NCBI GenBank assembly: GCA_037447605.1
Contig: CM074815.1
Span: 62,001 to 126,000 of the forward strand
Source: Zygnema circumcarinatum SAG 698-1b
Lineage: Eukaryota; Plantae; Zygnematophyceae
DNA: 64,000 nucleotides
Direction: 5' to 3'
Shown here: piece by piece, positions 25,955-39,800 of the stretch
How the letters are laid out: each line of letters opens with the position of its first letter
How positions within the stretch are numbered: position 1 is the first letter of the stretch
Translations under genes and position numbers: made by a program
Notes under the pieces: model-generated
Told to the model about the DNA's origin: nothing
What the model saw: the letters and a program-made list of their open reading frames with translations, nothing else
Databases searched by the model: none

Positions 25955-26484
25955 ACTTCAAGGAGGAAGCCTCGGGAGCGTTGCGGAGGGAACCCTAAAA
26001 GGAAGGAAGGAAGAGAGGAAGGATCGGCGGGAGCAGGAGCGGACCGGAGCGAAGCGAAGCTGCCGTACGTGGCGGCGGGCGCGCGGGGCTCTGACTGCTG
26101 GTTTGGCAGGCAGGCCTCGACATATATCAAAGCGACAGTTCTGCACGCGTCAGGGTCTTCATTCCTCTTTTCTCGTTTCGAAGAGGCGGAAATGTTGCGC
26201 AAATTCGTGTAAGCTGAACGTTTGCGTGCGAATTGGTAAAGCTGTGAGGCAATTTCGACAACGGTGTGTGCATGTCTGGAGCGAGACTGCGGTTGATGAT
26301 GTTTCAACACTCATTGACAAGCTCCTCAGAACCTGATTTTTGTTTCTGCCATCTTGCAGGGTCGTCTGTAAAAGAACGTTGAGATTTGTTTAAGGCCGTT
26401 GTAAGGCGGGAGTTTCTTGAAGACCAATCACGTTCTCTACATCTGAAGGCGGTTGCATAAGCTATATTGCGGCGCAGTCTCAAC

Positions 26485-29400
26485 ATGGAAGATGGCGAGG
26501 GCGGTCTTCAAGACTTCGATTTTGAGCAGGGACTTGAAAGCAGGCCTGCGCCAGAAACCCAAAAGGTTCCTTCCGCCATACAAGGGACGCAAGCACAGAC
26601 TGAGAAGCGAACGCCGTATCGAAGGAATTTCCGTCAAACTGTTTGTCGCCACTGGTTGAGAGGGCTTTGTATGAAGGGCAATGACTGCGGCTTCTTGCAT
26701 CAGTATGACAAGAGCCGCATGCCAGTGTGCCGATTCTTTGCAAAGTGGGGAGAGTGCCGGGAGCCAGATTGCTTTTTCAAGCACACCAATGAAGACGTCA
26801 AGGAGTGTAATATGTACGTGGACCTTTTTATCTGCCGTTTAAAATATGACGTCCCTGCCGACAGGGGCAAGCGCTCGGGATTAGCTAGTACTGTTTGCTT
26901 TTAGGGTTGGTGCTTGGATGACGTTTACTTATCTTGGTAGCATCTTCGAGTGTAGGTTTTTTCTTTGTAATTACGCAAACAGCTGGTTGTGATGAATAAG
27001 GAGCTCTTGTACTCTGCTGTGCAATTACGAAGAAGACTGGAGTTGCAGGATTTGCAGAATTTGCAGGAGCCAAATTTTGTATAGGCTATTGTCAGTGTGT
27101 GGCTATTGTTGGGATTGTGATGTTGTAGGTTAAGGTAGATACGACAATTTAGGGGATTTTACTGCAAAATGTCAAGATAGGTGAATGCTGGAACGATAGC
27201 TACAGTACGAGCTGGAAGCTGCAGCTGGAACGGGTGGACGCGCCCGATTTGCTGCTAGTTCCATGTTTTCAAATGCTTGCGATTTTCAGAAAGGCTTTGC
27301 AATGTTTAGGATCGATTTCACTCTGTAGATTGCGTTTTAGGAAAAGATTGTTTGCTTTTAGGAAGATCAAATTACTTTGTCGAAAGCTCGTTCACGAAAG
27401 AGCGGTAGCCAAAAGCCAGTGGTAGGTTTTTATCTGAAAGTTTGCTAGAAGAGCTGCTATAGTGCTTCGAAGATGTATCTTGTGCGTAGTCTGGAAATCG
27501 CCAATAATGGATTGTCCAGGAAGTTTTGTGATAGTTATAGGTTTCCTATAGCCGCTGCAACCTTCTTCCGGCCTGTGGGGAGGAATCCGTATTCATATTC
27601 AATGAAATTGGAATGCTTCTGGCTTGATGGAGATTGGCTGATGACTTCTTGTTTGCACGATGATCGAGGATGCTTTTGCTCAGGCTATGGCACAATCCTT
27701 CATCCTTCAAAAAGCGCTTATAATTGCCCTAACCCACTTCTTTTTTGAGTGCATCAGATCAAGGCTGGAAGCCTTTCTGGAAATATCCAAGTATAATAGA
27801 ATGGAGTTGATCCCTGAGGGCGGGTGGAGGGGCAGTGATAGTTTATAGGGAATAACACCACATACTGTCGCAGCTTCATTGGTTGAGTCGCTCTGACTAG
27901 AGCATTTCTTCTCGTTAGAAAGTGTGCATTTGAAGGATCGGGTTAGTGTGGAAACTTTGTTTTAAGTTCTAGAGGTGACGTATAGTTTATGTTTGTGAAG
28001 AAGCATGCTGACTGTCGCTAAGTGCTGCTATGCCAGGTACAAGCTAGGCTTTTGTCCCAATGGGCCTGAGTGTCGGTACCGCCATTTGAAGCTGCCAGGA
28101 CCACCACCTCCAGCAGAGCAGCATTTGCCAAGGTTGCAGCATCGCACATACCCTAATGGCGGCTATCACCGCCCGAAGCACGTTGACAATCAGCAGGACC
28201 AGGGAGGATATGAAGCTCCAGGAAGCCATGGATATGTCTTTGCCAGTCAAGGCTTACAGGACCTGGCAACAATGCCTGCAGAGTCGGGTCTGCGAGGTGA
28301 CCAAATCTCCTCTGTGCAGCCTAATAAGGTGGAAGCAGCAGGAGGAGGAGCCGCAGTGAAGCGCCCAAGAGGTCAGGAAGAGCAATCTCAGCCGGCTGCG
28401 CTGCGAGTGCAGGAGACGATGCAACAGCAACAGCAACTTGAGCTGCAGGCGCAAATCCCAGAGTTTAGTTCGGAATCAGTTCCTCTACCTTCGGGAGTGT
28501 CCAGGTAAGCATTTTCTTGTTGTATTTTTTGTCTCAGCATCTGAAACATCTAGTCCTCTCTACCGCCGTTTGGATGCATTGGTAACAGGAAATGCTACAC
28601 AAAAGGCGTTCTCAACTGCTTTGCAATCGAGCATGCTGACTTAGGTTGCCTGCGCTGTGTGAACTGCAGATATTTCATTGTGAAGAGCAATAACATTGAA
28701 AACTTAGACCTTTCCGTGAAGCGCGGCCTTTGGGCTACGCATCGGAATAACGAGTCGCGATTGAACGACGCCTATGATACATGCGACAATGTCATTCTCA
28801 TCTTTTCAGTGAATGAAACTCGCCACTTTCAGGTCAGCTCAAACCTACCACCCCACTGGATTTGACGACCGCGTGGATGTACGTTCTTGATTTCTCCCGT
28901 TTATATAATTGTCCAGTTAGGCTTTTCTTTTTTTGCATACAAGAACGCTATCTGACCAGACAAAGGAGAATGTAGACTGTGGAAGTGGTTGCTGTTTGAG
29001 AGAGGGAAATTTGACGCGTACGTTCTGCTGGTTGACATCAGGGATGCGCCAAAATGATGTCCAAAATTGGAGGAGCTGTCGTTGGAGCAGGCTGGAAATA
29101 CGCAAATGGAACGGCGCATTACGGTCGCAATTTCCGCATTAAATGGCTTAAGGTTTTTTCCTGCCTCGTTTCACTCCCGCTCCTGCTGGGAACTTTGCAA
29201 TGTTTCATTCTATGAACTTATAACTGAAAATCTCTTGAAATCAGTGTCTCTCTTGTTTGGAACGTAGGCTGAAATCACTCTAAAAGCATTTTGTAGAGTG
29301 TGGGACTGTTTTTTGTTACTGCGCTGCTTTTGGGTGTCATCACTGGTTGGACATATTCAAAGCTTCGACAATCCTCTAAATTTGACTGGTTTTGGTGATT

Positions 29401-31097
29401 TGCAGCTTTGCCAACTTTCATTTCAGAAGACTCGTCATTTACGCAATCCGTACAATGAAGATCTCCCTGTAAAGGTAAGTTAAACGCTGTTCTTGAGACC
29501 ATTTGCAACTGAATTACTTTTCTATCATTTATATTTGCGCCCCTTGTGTCCAATTTGCTGCAGCAAAAGCATTCAGTTTTGCACTCTGAGACTGATTGTT
29601 TTTCTCTCTTTGGGCGCAAGCAGATCAGCAGAGATTGTCAAGAACTTGAGCCGACTGTCGGACAACACCTTGCGAAGCTCTTGTATTTGGAGCCTGACAG
29701 CGATCTGATGGTGAGTGTTTGCTGATGACTTATTCAGCCTCCATTGCAGCTTCTCTTTCAGCGTTAATTCGGTTGATGCAAGCGGAACAATGTATGAACG
29801 ACTAAACAAACATAAAAACTGTAACCTAAGAAGATCCAATGTTTGCGTGTGACAGGCTGTTGCAAAGAGCTGTGAAGCTGCGCACGAAGAGGAGGCTACA
29901 AAAAGTGGTGCCGCAGGTCGTTCTGACGTGGAAGATGCTAAAATTGTTCCGTTTGAGGACGGAGAAGGAGAGGAAGAAAGCAGTGGAGAGGAGGAGGACG
30001 AGGAAGATGAAGACGCCAATAGCAGAGAGCAACAACCCGGCTCTATGGGAAGGGGCCAAACATGGTACGGAGGCCGAGGGAGAGCTCCTGTGGGGAGAGG
30101 CTATGCCGCCCCCCAAAACCCCCACCATCCTGGGGAAGCCTTCCGAATGCCTCCTGGCGGTCCAACTACCAACTTTGGAGGCATGCCGGAGGAGCCTTTC
30201 CGTAACCCCATGGCAGGTCCGGGGCACACCTTCCCTCCTTTAAGACCGACACATCCCGGATTCGGAAACGGCAGACCAGAATTTCCCAGACCCAATTTCG
30301 GTGGGCCGGGCCCACACTTTCAGGGTCCGGACTTTGTAGGGCGTAATTTTCCCCGCCCGGATTTTCCTGTGGGAGAATTCCCCCCCCGGCTGCCCTTTGC
30401 TGGGCCAGGTCCAGACTATGGGCCTCGACCAGAGTTTCCGGGTCCGGGCTTTCCTGGACCTGATTTCGGGCCCGGTGAGTTCGGATCTCAGAGGGGGTAT
30501 GGAGGAATGATGATGCCGAGAGGTCGCAGTATGGGGTTCAGAGGCCCCGGACCTGCTGGAATGTTCCCTTCGGGAGGTCCAGGATTTATGGGGCCTGGGG
30601 GTTATGGGCCGTCGTTTATGGGTCCTGGTGGGACGCCTGTGCAGCAGCACATGGGAGGGGAGAGGGGAGGAGGAGCTATGGGCAGTCAAGGATTGCGTCC
30701 ACCCATGGCGTCTGGGAGGGGAGGGATGGGGTTCAGACCCCCTTTCCTCCCTAGCGGGCGCGGTGGGGCTGGAAGGGAGTCTCCCCTCTCGGGTGAAGAA
30801 GTGGAGAAGAGCTCTAAGGGGCAGCAACCCAGTAGGAACACACCTGTAGAGAGTACGGACAGGCAGGCAGCACACCACCCGAGTCGACGGAGGCGCGACG
30901 AAGAGGAGGGGCAGAGTGAAGACGAGGCCCCAAGGAGGTCTCGGCATAAACGGGGGAGGAGGGCATGGGAGGAGGAGGACGAGGAGGAGGAGATGGGGTG
31001 GGACGACTATGCAGAGGGGGCAGATCCATGGGAAGCAGCGAGGCAGGCCGAGACCGCTGCTGATGCCAACAATGGAGAAGACAATGTAGATTATTGA
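26485..31097 (+). CDS. CPSF30: CPSF30 long form: three CCCH zinc fingers plus a YTH domain, 7 coding exons
   Basis: MEDGEGGLQDFDFE..FRQTVCRHWLRGLCMKGNDCGFLHQYDKSRMPVCRFF..ECNM/YKLGFCPNGPECRYRH; YTH exons YFIVKSNNIENLDLSVKRGLWATH, GCAKMMSKIGG..WKYANGTAHYGRNFRIKWLK, TRHLRNPYNEDLPVK, ISRDCQELEP. Confidence 0.95.
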
Positions 31098-32407
31098 AGA
31101 AGGCCAGGCGTCGAGTAGGACTATGTTTGAGTTTAGTTTAGTTCGTAGATTAATTGTGGCTTTGATGGGTAGAGACGGTGGCAATCCGGCGCACGCGTCG
31201 TTCATGTCGATGGATCACCCTTTCCCTCCCGCTTCCTAGAAACCCTAAAATTTTTAACTTCTGTTGTCGGCCAGGCGGATTCAGTTTTTCCATTAGCTGA
31301 CAGACTCTCCAATGGCTTATTCTCCGGCAGGCGGCAGGCTCGGATTGGATGTAAATTGCTGATCCATTATTTCTCCTGAGCGTACAGTAGATGGAAAATT
31401 TGCTTTAGTAGCTGTTAGACTCATGTGCTCCATCCATGTCCATTTGTTGCCAGGAGCACACCAGTACACATGCGGCGTCGGCTGGGCTGTGAATGGAGTG
31501 TGGCATGTCTCACATTTATTGTATATTGAGCGTGAAGAAAAGGCTCCCCCATATATATATATCTATTTTTTTTATGTTTCCATGCATTTACCTGTGCGCG
31601 CCTCTACATGAAGCTGTTTGTGAAAAACGTCGCTTGCTTCTTTATGAAAATGTGGACATTGCTCATGTCGAGATTCTGTGGCAAATTTAATTTTATTGTC
31701 GTGTACAATGCCTGTGGCCTATTCACTACCTCCCCTCTCCGCAGCTCTGTTTCCCACAGCGTTTACATTGACTACTGTAAATTGACTTCCTTTTTTCCTG
31801 TAGCTCGGATCATTTAATGCAACCGGCCCTGACAAGTCTGACAGGCCCTATTGCGGTGCGATCAAATTGAAGGAATGCGCAAAAAAGAGCGGGGCAGCAT
31901 TTCTTGCCAGCAATCGGTGCTTCGTTCGAGTTGCCCCCCCAATTTGTTAGAGCACGCTCCTCCGACTTCTCACAATTGCTTTGTGTCTTATTCACTCCTT
32001 TCTTGAATAAAAGTTCATACTTACAAACACCTCGAAAATAATCAAAAAATTTCCGCAGGAACGTACATCACTCTCTTCCTATCCTCTCACTGATATGCTA
32101 AAAGGCTACAGTACCAAGCGAAAAATACCAACAATAAAAAAAAACATAACATCGTTAGCTTCAGACTTGCCCAATATCTTATGGCTGACTGAAGCTCTCA
32201 ATAGAGATCTGACAGGGAATGCTCATTATCCTCAACGAACAGAATCCCCCCAAAAAGCTAAGAATCCTGCTGTGCCTCACGAGTGGGAGGAAGCGAACGA
32301 GAGCCACCTTAAAAAGAGTTCTTACAGTTCAAAGTTCCCTACACAGGCGTCTAAAAATTTACATTCCTGCGCCATCTAACATGCCTGCTACTATAAGCAA
32401 CGTGCGC

Positions 32408-35400
32408 CTACCTCTGGATGTGCCCCTCCTTGTTCACATCGTCGTCTCCCGCCAGGTCAACCTCATCCATCAGCATGCCATGGCCTGGAGACGAATGCCT
32501 TCTCGCCTTCGTCAAATGAGTCTCTTCACCGGCATCTGCTCCGCTTGTTCTCCGGCTGTCATCACTCCCACAAGCGCTGTTCTCACTCGGCCTTCGGCTC
32601 TCCCCTGGCGATTCAAAGGCTTTCGAGGAACCCCCCTCCCAATGCCCCACTATCACTGAACCTTCCACAGCAGACTCCTCTATGCCCCCAAAAGCAGGCG
32701 CTTTGCTTGACTTTGCTGCACCAGGAAGGGGCATCCCTGGTAGTGGTCGCATGTCGTAGCCTCCATTATTTGTGAGCCCGGCGTTGTACAGAAGTGGCCC
32801 TTTCATGCCCACCCTAGTCTCTGACATAGCGACGGAAGATCCTACCAGGAGCTCATCTGGATGTGAATTCAGGCTCACGTTCCGTGATACCGGATTTGAG
32901 CCACCATTAGAGGAGTAGTCGTCCAAGAGACCTCCCCCTCCAGTTAGTTTATGTTGCCGTCTGAGAGTGTCCATCTCTTGGCCTGCCGAGCCATAGCATT
33001 CTCATTTCGAAATGAGGACTGCATCAGCATGGCAGCTTAATTCCCATATGCATAGGAGGCTTTTCCTCAGTGGTTCTTAAGCAGACCATCCAAACATGAT
33101 CTATACACACCATAAGCAACGAACGCTGCAGAGGTGTCTGCAAATAAACTTCATTGCATGACTGATAACACTTGATTTCCTAAATAAGATTATTGAGCCC
33201 ATCTCCAGAACGATCCAAGGCAGCACACAGTGTTTGAGGATCCCATCTCCAACCCCTTCCCAAGCATGTCAACGGCGCCAGTTCGAATAGGAATCATGAT
33301 CCTCAAAATCACATCATTATAGATTAAAAAATCACCTATCAACAACCACATGGAAACTCTAGAAAGTAAAATTAAGGCCCATAATGTTGTAACCCACCTG
33401 TCGGAACAAAGGTTCGAGTACGATAACGGCGAGGAGCCTCCTGAGCCCCGTCACTATAGAGGACGTAGTCGTGATAAGTAGGAGCAAACTGGACAACGTC
33501 CAACGGCGAGATTCCCAAACGTCAACGATATCAACGGATGAATGAGGGATTGGTTTGTAGAAGCGCTACAGCAAAATATTGGAAAGGAAATTCTCTGTCG
33601 CATAGAACAAGCCCGTGTGCGGTCTACTACAAGCGCGATTCATTTAATGGGAAGGTTAAGAAGTGTGTGGACACAAAACATATGCTGTTGTCAGTGATGC
33701 ACAAAGTTACAGGATAGATTCCAATAGGCAAAGCCGTGTGAATGATCAAGTTACTGACCTGATGTACAGTGTCGTTGATTACGTCCCCGAAGTTAATGGC
33801 ATGAGAGATGCTGCAAGTAAGCCCGCTTCCTTCACCAACATTTGCTTCCATGTATTGCTTGTGAGGAAACGCATAAAGGAATCCCACAGCAGCCAGCGCC
33901 ATCTCGAAGCAGATGAGCAAATTCTGCAGGTCTGCTGCATCACGATCGCTGCTCACCACTCCTGCTTCAGACAGCAGGAACACTACAACTCCCTGGAACA
34001 CAAAGAACACGAAACAAGCAAATATGTGTGTACGCCCTTGGATGCGAGCAGCAGGTGAGACAGCTAGGAGGGAAAGGAGACGAAGATTCAAGGACTGAAT
34101 CTCACGACAATTGGCTGTGTCGTACAAAGAACAAGAAGCAGTCATGCAAAAACTTTGACAGTACAGTATGTTCGACCTTCTTTACATTAACCATTACAAG
34201 TCGCCAGTGAAATAGAACATCAATATAATAAGCAGCCTGAAGAATTTCTGTCCAAACAATAACATACCTGCCAGTATGTAAGGAACACCACAGATTTGAT
34301 GATGAGGAACTTGGGGATGGGCTTAAATGGCCGTAATAAATCTTTACAGGCTACATAGAAGAGAATAAGGCTATACACTGCCATAGAATAGGAGACCATG
34401 TAGACAAGCGTGATGTACAGATAGCCTTGTTTGGGACTGAAGTTTCCGTCTTCATACTTCCCGTATGAGAAAAGCACAAGACACAAGGTGGCCAGGATGG
34501 GCTTTAGGAAGACAAATTGAAGGCACCCCTGCTTACAACGACGGATGAACCTCCTGATAAAGGCACACGCACAGAGGGGTACATTTTTGGAGTTAGCTGT
34601 GATATGAAGTACACAGACAGCATACACAAGGTTGTAGCTTTCAGTTAGCACGTGTTGATTCCAGTTGAAGGAAGGTAAGAAGAAAGCAAGCGCTTTACAT
34701 CTGAAAGATAAAGCATTTCGGCTTGATTTCACCGCTTCTATTGGACGCAAGGCTTACCCATCAAGAGGAATAGCTGGTAGGCAGCACGTCATAAGAAAAT
34801 ATGAAGGCTTCAAAAGACGGCCATGAAGACTTGTTACCACGGCTCCAGGTCCCCCCACCCACGACAGACACAACGATAAAAAATTGTATATCACCCACGC
34901 TTCATACCTGAAAGAGGAGTAATTTATAAGAATAGAAATAAGCAATAGTCAGGCACTTGCAGTACACAAACGAGCCAAAAGCCAAGTGCTTTAAAATCTA
35001 AAATCTCCCAACAGTTTGAGTGCGATATATGCTTTAGGTTAATGCCGCTACTTGAACGCATTTTCCTGCGGACCCAGTGAAGAGCTAGCTGCGAACTTGA
35101 AGAAAACAATCACGAATTGCTGTTCTTTGAACATTGTGAAAGGGCCATGTACAAGACAGATTGGGGTCAGCAAGAGAAGAAAAGAGCAGAATTGAACGAG
35201 AGAAGCAGAGAACCACACAGGATGGAGGCTAGAGAGAGCTTACACATCCCGAATGGTATTGAACCATATTGCTTCATCCGCAAAAACGAGAGCCAAGAAG
35301 GACATAGTGCCGTACACCTGCAAGGACCAGCCATGCCGTACTTGAAAATGCTCAATGCACCCACCTGCGCACCTAAATACTTTGCTTGACAAAACTCCTG

Positions 35401-35876
35401 TGCATTTAAGTATCAATAATCTTTCACTAATCTCTAGTAAATCGACGAGGGTCACACAAAAATGCATATTAATCAAACTAATATGCATGCGACCGTTGGT
35501 GCGCACTCCAAACCATCACGCATATTGCTGGCTGAAACTCTGCAGTTAAACGGCTTACAATTAACAGACACTACTGCATTGAAGTTCACTTCTTGATTCA
35601 AAAACCTTCGCTTACCCGTGAAATCAAGAGCATTAAAAGCAGTAGGAATCAACTTGTAATCAGCTATAGAACAGAACGGCAATGTAAGCAAACTTATCAA
35701 CTCCAGATGGTACTTACAGGAACCATAAATATGATGCGAACAATATATCGCTGATATGTTGGCTCGGTATAGTTCCTCAAATGCATCAGAATTTGCCATG
35801 CCGTGAGTGCAACCGAGAAGCATGTGCATAACAACGCGACAAGGCAGGCAACGATGCCCGCCAAAGACGTATTCAT
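32408..35876 (-). CDS. TMEM184 / OST-alpha / LAZ1-family (DUF300) membrane protein, 7 coding exons
   Basis: HLRNYTEPTYQRYIVRIIFMVP; YEAWVIYNFLSLCLSWVGGPG; RFIRRCKQGCLQFV; PKFLIIKSVVFLTYWQ; DTVHQ-FAPTYHDYVLY..RTFVPTGQEMD. Confidence 0.92.
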
Positions 35877-36355
35877 GATCGACAAAGGTCAGGGAGTGAT
35901 ACCAGTGGAATATCTAAAACGGTTTCCTCCCTTTCAAAGCTCTAACTGCAGCGATGATTGCTCGTTTCGACCACAAACAGAGCGAGTCTACCGTTGACAG
36001 TTGGCTGATTCAGAGTTAGACACTACAACAAGAGCTGAATATGAACATGATTTAGAACATCACGAACGTTGATAGAAAGCCAAGAGTTCCAGGCCATCCA
36101 TCCTGCCCCAAGCACGACTGCTCCTTGGGAATAGAAGTGTCTAAACGCTGTCCGAAATCCAAGCGGTTTGCTTCTGATGAGACTTCAATTCAATGATACA
36201 AGAAATCAAACAAAGAATTTTGAAAAATCTAATGCTCGGCCCTCCCAATAATACAGCAATAGCGTCCGCTGCGGCAGCTGCAAGCTCGCAGAGAGAGAGA
36301 GTGAGAGAGAGAAGGGCCTTCTTCCTCGCAGCGTTTGGAGCGGCAAACAGGGACC

Positions 36356-36583
36356 GTACACAGGGCACCGCCTCCGTACCGTACGGTCTTACGCAAAAAG
36401 TAACATGACGTCACTCTGTGGGAGTCAAGGCCGGCGTGGGCTGTACGGTCGCCTGCAAGTGACGCACGGCGAGGCCGCTAGCTGAGGCAGCCAACCGGCG
36501 CCGCCCGTTTCGGGTACCGTACAGCCGAGGCAGCACGGCGTCGTACTATAGGTTGTACGAAGACACTCTGTGGGCGGCAGTAC
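36356..36583. promoter_or_regulatory. GTAC cluster plus TGACGTCA in the TMEM184/PAS1 bidirectional promoter
   Basis: Nine GTAC cores counted; palindromic TGACGTCA at 36406-36413. Confidence 0.5.
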
Positions 36584-36849
36584 CAGGAGCGGGCGGCTGC
36601 GCGCACACCGCAAGATACATGTGTGGCCGTTCCGTCCCGTTGCGCCCGCCCGGACATGTGAGAATGTCGGCAGGTCCTGTCCGCTGCGACGAGGGAGGCC
36701 GCTCCTTGCGACACCTGGCAGACCGACCTGCGGGTTGGGGGGTGAGAGGGGGGAGAGAGAGAGTGAAAGAGGGGAGAGAGGGGGAGAAAGGGGAGAGGAG
36801 CGGGGGGAGGGCGAGGGAGGGAGAGAAGGAGAGGGAGAGAGTGGCGGCC

Positions 36850-39800
36850 ATGGAGGCGAATGGAGGGAAGCGAGAGAGGCGGAGCGCAGCGGAGAAGAAA
36901 ACGAAGAAGAAGGACAAGGAGTGAGTGCAGGCGGCCTTTAGCGTCAGGACGTATTGCTGTTCAGCCTTTAGGCTTTATTGTGTCGTTGAGCGATTGTCTT
37001 CTTTTTTTGTTTTCATTTTTTGTTTTGGTCTGAATTGCAGCCCTTTTTCATTTCTTGTCGTTTGACTCGCTCTAAAGCCGATCTCCTATTTAAGATAAAT
37101 CATTTAAAATTTTAAAATCTACGTGGTATTCCATTTTTCGGAGGGAATTTAATCTTCTGGATCGGCTTACATCTTGATTCTTAACATGGTAAGAAAATGC
37201 TGTTCTTTATGCAGAGCTCTTGAGGGAGTGCTGAAGGCAATGATGCGAGAGGGGGAGGGAGATTTCCCTTCTGATGGAGATCTTGTAAGCTCCTTCTTAT
37301 TTTATTTTCATTTATGTTTACTTTGCTGTTGTCCACTCTTAAGGCTTTCAAGCTATTGGTTGTCTCATCAGTTATTGGATTTGTGTGGGGTTGTGAAGAT
37401 GTAGAAAGTATGATCGGAGAAGCTCAGCAAATGTGGCAATGTTATGGAGGCAGTCTTTATTAGTTTTACATCGAACAGTCCTCCTGTAATCTCCAGCTTC
37501 ATTTATAGTTAATTCAATTTTTAGGCTTTTTATCTAATAAGTTGCTGGCTCTAAGTCCTTGTCAAGTCGTGGGAGTGAAGGACGCTTTACGGTTCCATGC
37601 ATTCACTTCAGGTGGTTTTCCACTACACGACACGGACTGAGAGCGGAGCGGTGTGTGAATCCACCCGTGAAGAGCACGGAGGTGTGTTTCATTGACGAAA
37701 AAAAAAAAAAAAAAAAAAAACGAACTTATCTTCAAGATGGCCTTGTAGAGGGAGGTTCCCCTTTTTAAGCCCTAGGAACTCAAGCTGCGTCACGGCCTAA
37801 GCCTGAAAGTTTTTGATCCGATTATTAAGAAGCTCCCTGCCCTTGAGTGAAAAATGAGAAGGCTGATATCCTCACCAACTGTATGCTTACAATCAAGTCA
37901 ACTAAAAAAGGCAAAAATATCAGGGAAGGGAATTCCAAAGAAGGAGATATTGGGATCAACTCCGACAGTACCTGCATGGGAGTACGGCCTCTCCTTGATG
38001 CGCCCGAAAGAGATATCCATGGTCAGACTGCTGTCCCTTTTAAATTGATAAGCTTAGAAACTCGAAACCTGGAATTCAATGGCTTTTGAAAACTTGACTT
38101 TCCCGCAGCCTCTGAAACTCTGTACGGCACTATGAACTATGCAAATTGCACAACTCTTGCGAATCATTTTAGAGACAAGAAAAAAAAAGAATCCCCACAC
38201 ACATCTACCACTCTCTGTTAAACGACTCATACACCCTAAAATGCAGCGAAATAATGAATAATGCAATAGTAATATTGAAATTTGAGTTTGGGTGTATGGA
38301 GGCAGCTGAAGGTAAACCCCGACGGCCACTATGGCAGCCTGGAGTGCCAGGTGGCAGCTCCTGAGAACGTTCCAAAAGATGAAGTCCTCTTGTTTGAACT
38401 CGAGCTTTTGGGGGCGTATAAGGCGAAAGAAATTTCCGGAGACGGGGGTGTCATTAAGCACGTGAGTGAGGATTTCTCTTGATATTTGAAAAGCAACCTC
38501 CAACGAGAAAGTTGGCAAACTCAATGTATAGATTGCAACAAGTCCGAGAAAACATAATCCAAGCCTTAGAACTCTGACTGGTACGACATAGAGTTGTTTC
38601 TATGGCTTAAAGGCTATGGACGGTGGATGAATATGGCAAATGGACGCTAGGAGTCTTGGAATTCGGAAGTGGAAGCCTTAGGATCCTGAAATCCTATAAC
38701 TCTTGAAACTCTAAACGTCATGGTAGTGTTTTGGCCATTGATTTTGGGCTGCAGGTGGTGAAGGAAGGAGGGGGGTGGGAGCAACCACGAGAACCCTATG
38801 AGGTGCTTGTGAGGCAAGTATGCTGCTATCACTTTTATGATCGTAAGCACGGTAGCAACTTGTCACTTTCGCAGGGTTTTTTCCTGCACGAAAAGAAATT
38901 CCATTTGTACGGACTCTCTCGCCGAAGCGGGCTTTCCAAATACTCAGAAACTTGTGGATAAGACGTGCGAAATGATGTCCTTGGCACTAAACCGGCCTTC
39001 CTATCCCGTATTTATCAGACACTTAAATTTCTATTTCCAGAGTCGAAGCACGAGTGTCCGGTGGGAATCCCTACTATTCTTCGCCACCTGATAGGCCCAT
39101 CCACTTCACATTCGGGAAACATGAGGTAGGTAAAATGTTTCTATACTGATTACCTTGAGTATGTAGAAAACCTGTGTTTCAAGTGCTGCACAAACAGTGT
39201 TTTTCTAAGCAATCCCTCCGGCTATCCTCTCCATTTCCCACCCCCATTCTCAACAACAGGAGCTTGCCTTAACTAAGTCGGGGCAGATTACTGTTCCGTG
39301 TGACCGATCCGTTTAACTATTTTCCGTGATACTTTTCAGGTCCCACGTGGCTTAGAGGAGGGGGTAGCTTCAATGCTACGGAACGAGTCTGCGGTGCTCC
39401 ATGTGAGCGGACAGCAGTACGTAGTGCCAGCTGGCATACTCCCAGCGCCACCAAATGATGTTACGGATGTGGAGTTTGCAGTGGACCTCGTTCAGATCAT
39501 CCAGGTCAGCAAACGTAGCCATTGCAGAGCCAAGGGTTAAGATTTGTTTCCTCTCTCTCTTCTGTTCCTTCTAAGTATGGCATTCCGCTGATGGAGACGG
39601 GGAAGGTGGCAGGTTCGCGATGTGCTCGGCGACGGGTCCGTGATCAAAAGGCGCATTCGTGACGGCAATGGTGGGCGCTTTTCTTCTGCCCGCACGTCAT
39701 GCAACTGCTCGGACCCATCCTTCTCGTCAGTTGCTTCCTGCAAAGGGAAAGAGGGCGGAATGGGCTAGAGGGAGCAAGTGGGGGGTTGAGGACACAGAGA

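Noticed and set aside
30240-31205. 321-aa minus-strand ORF
   Set aside because: Antisense to the GC-rich last exon of CPSF30; no domain.
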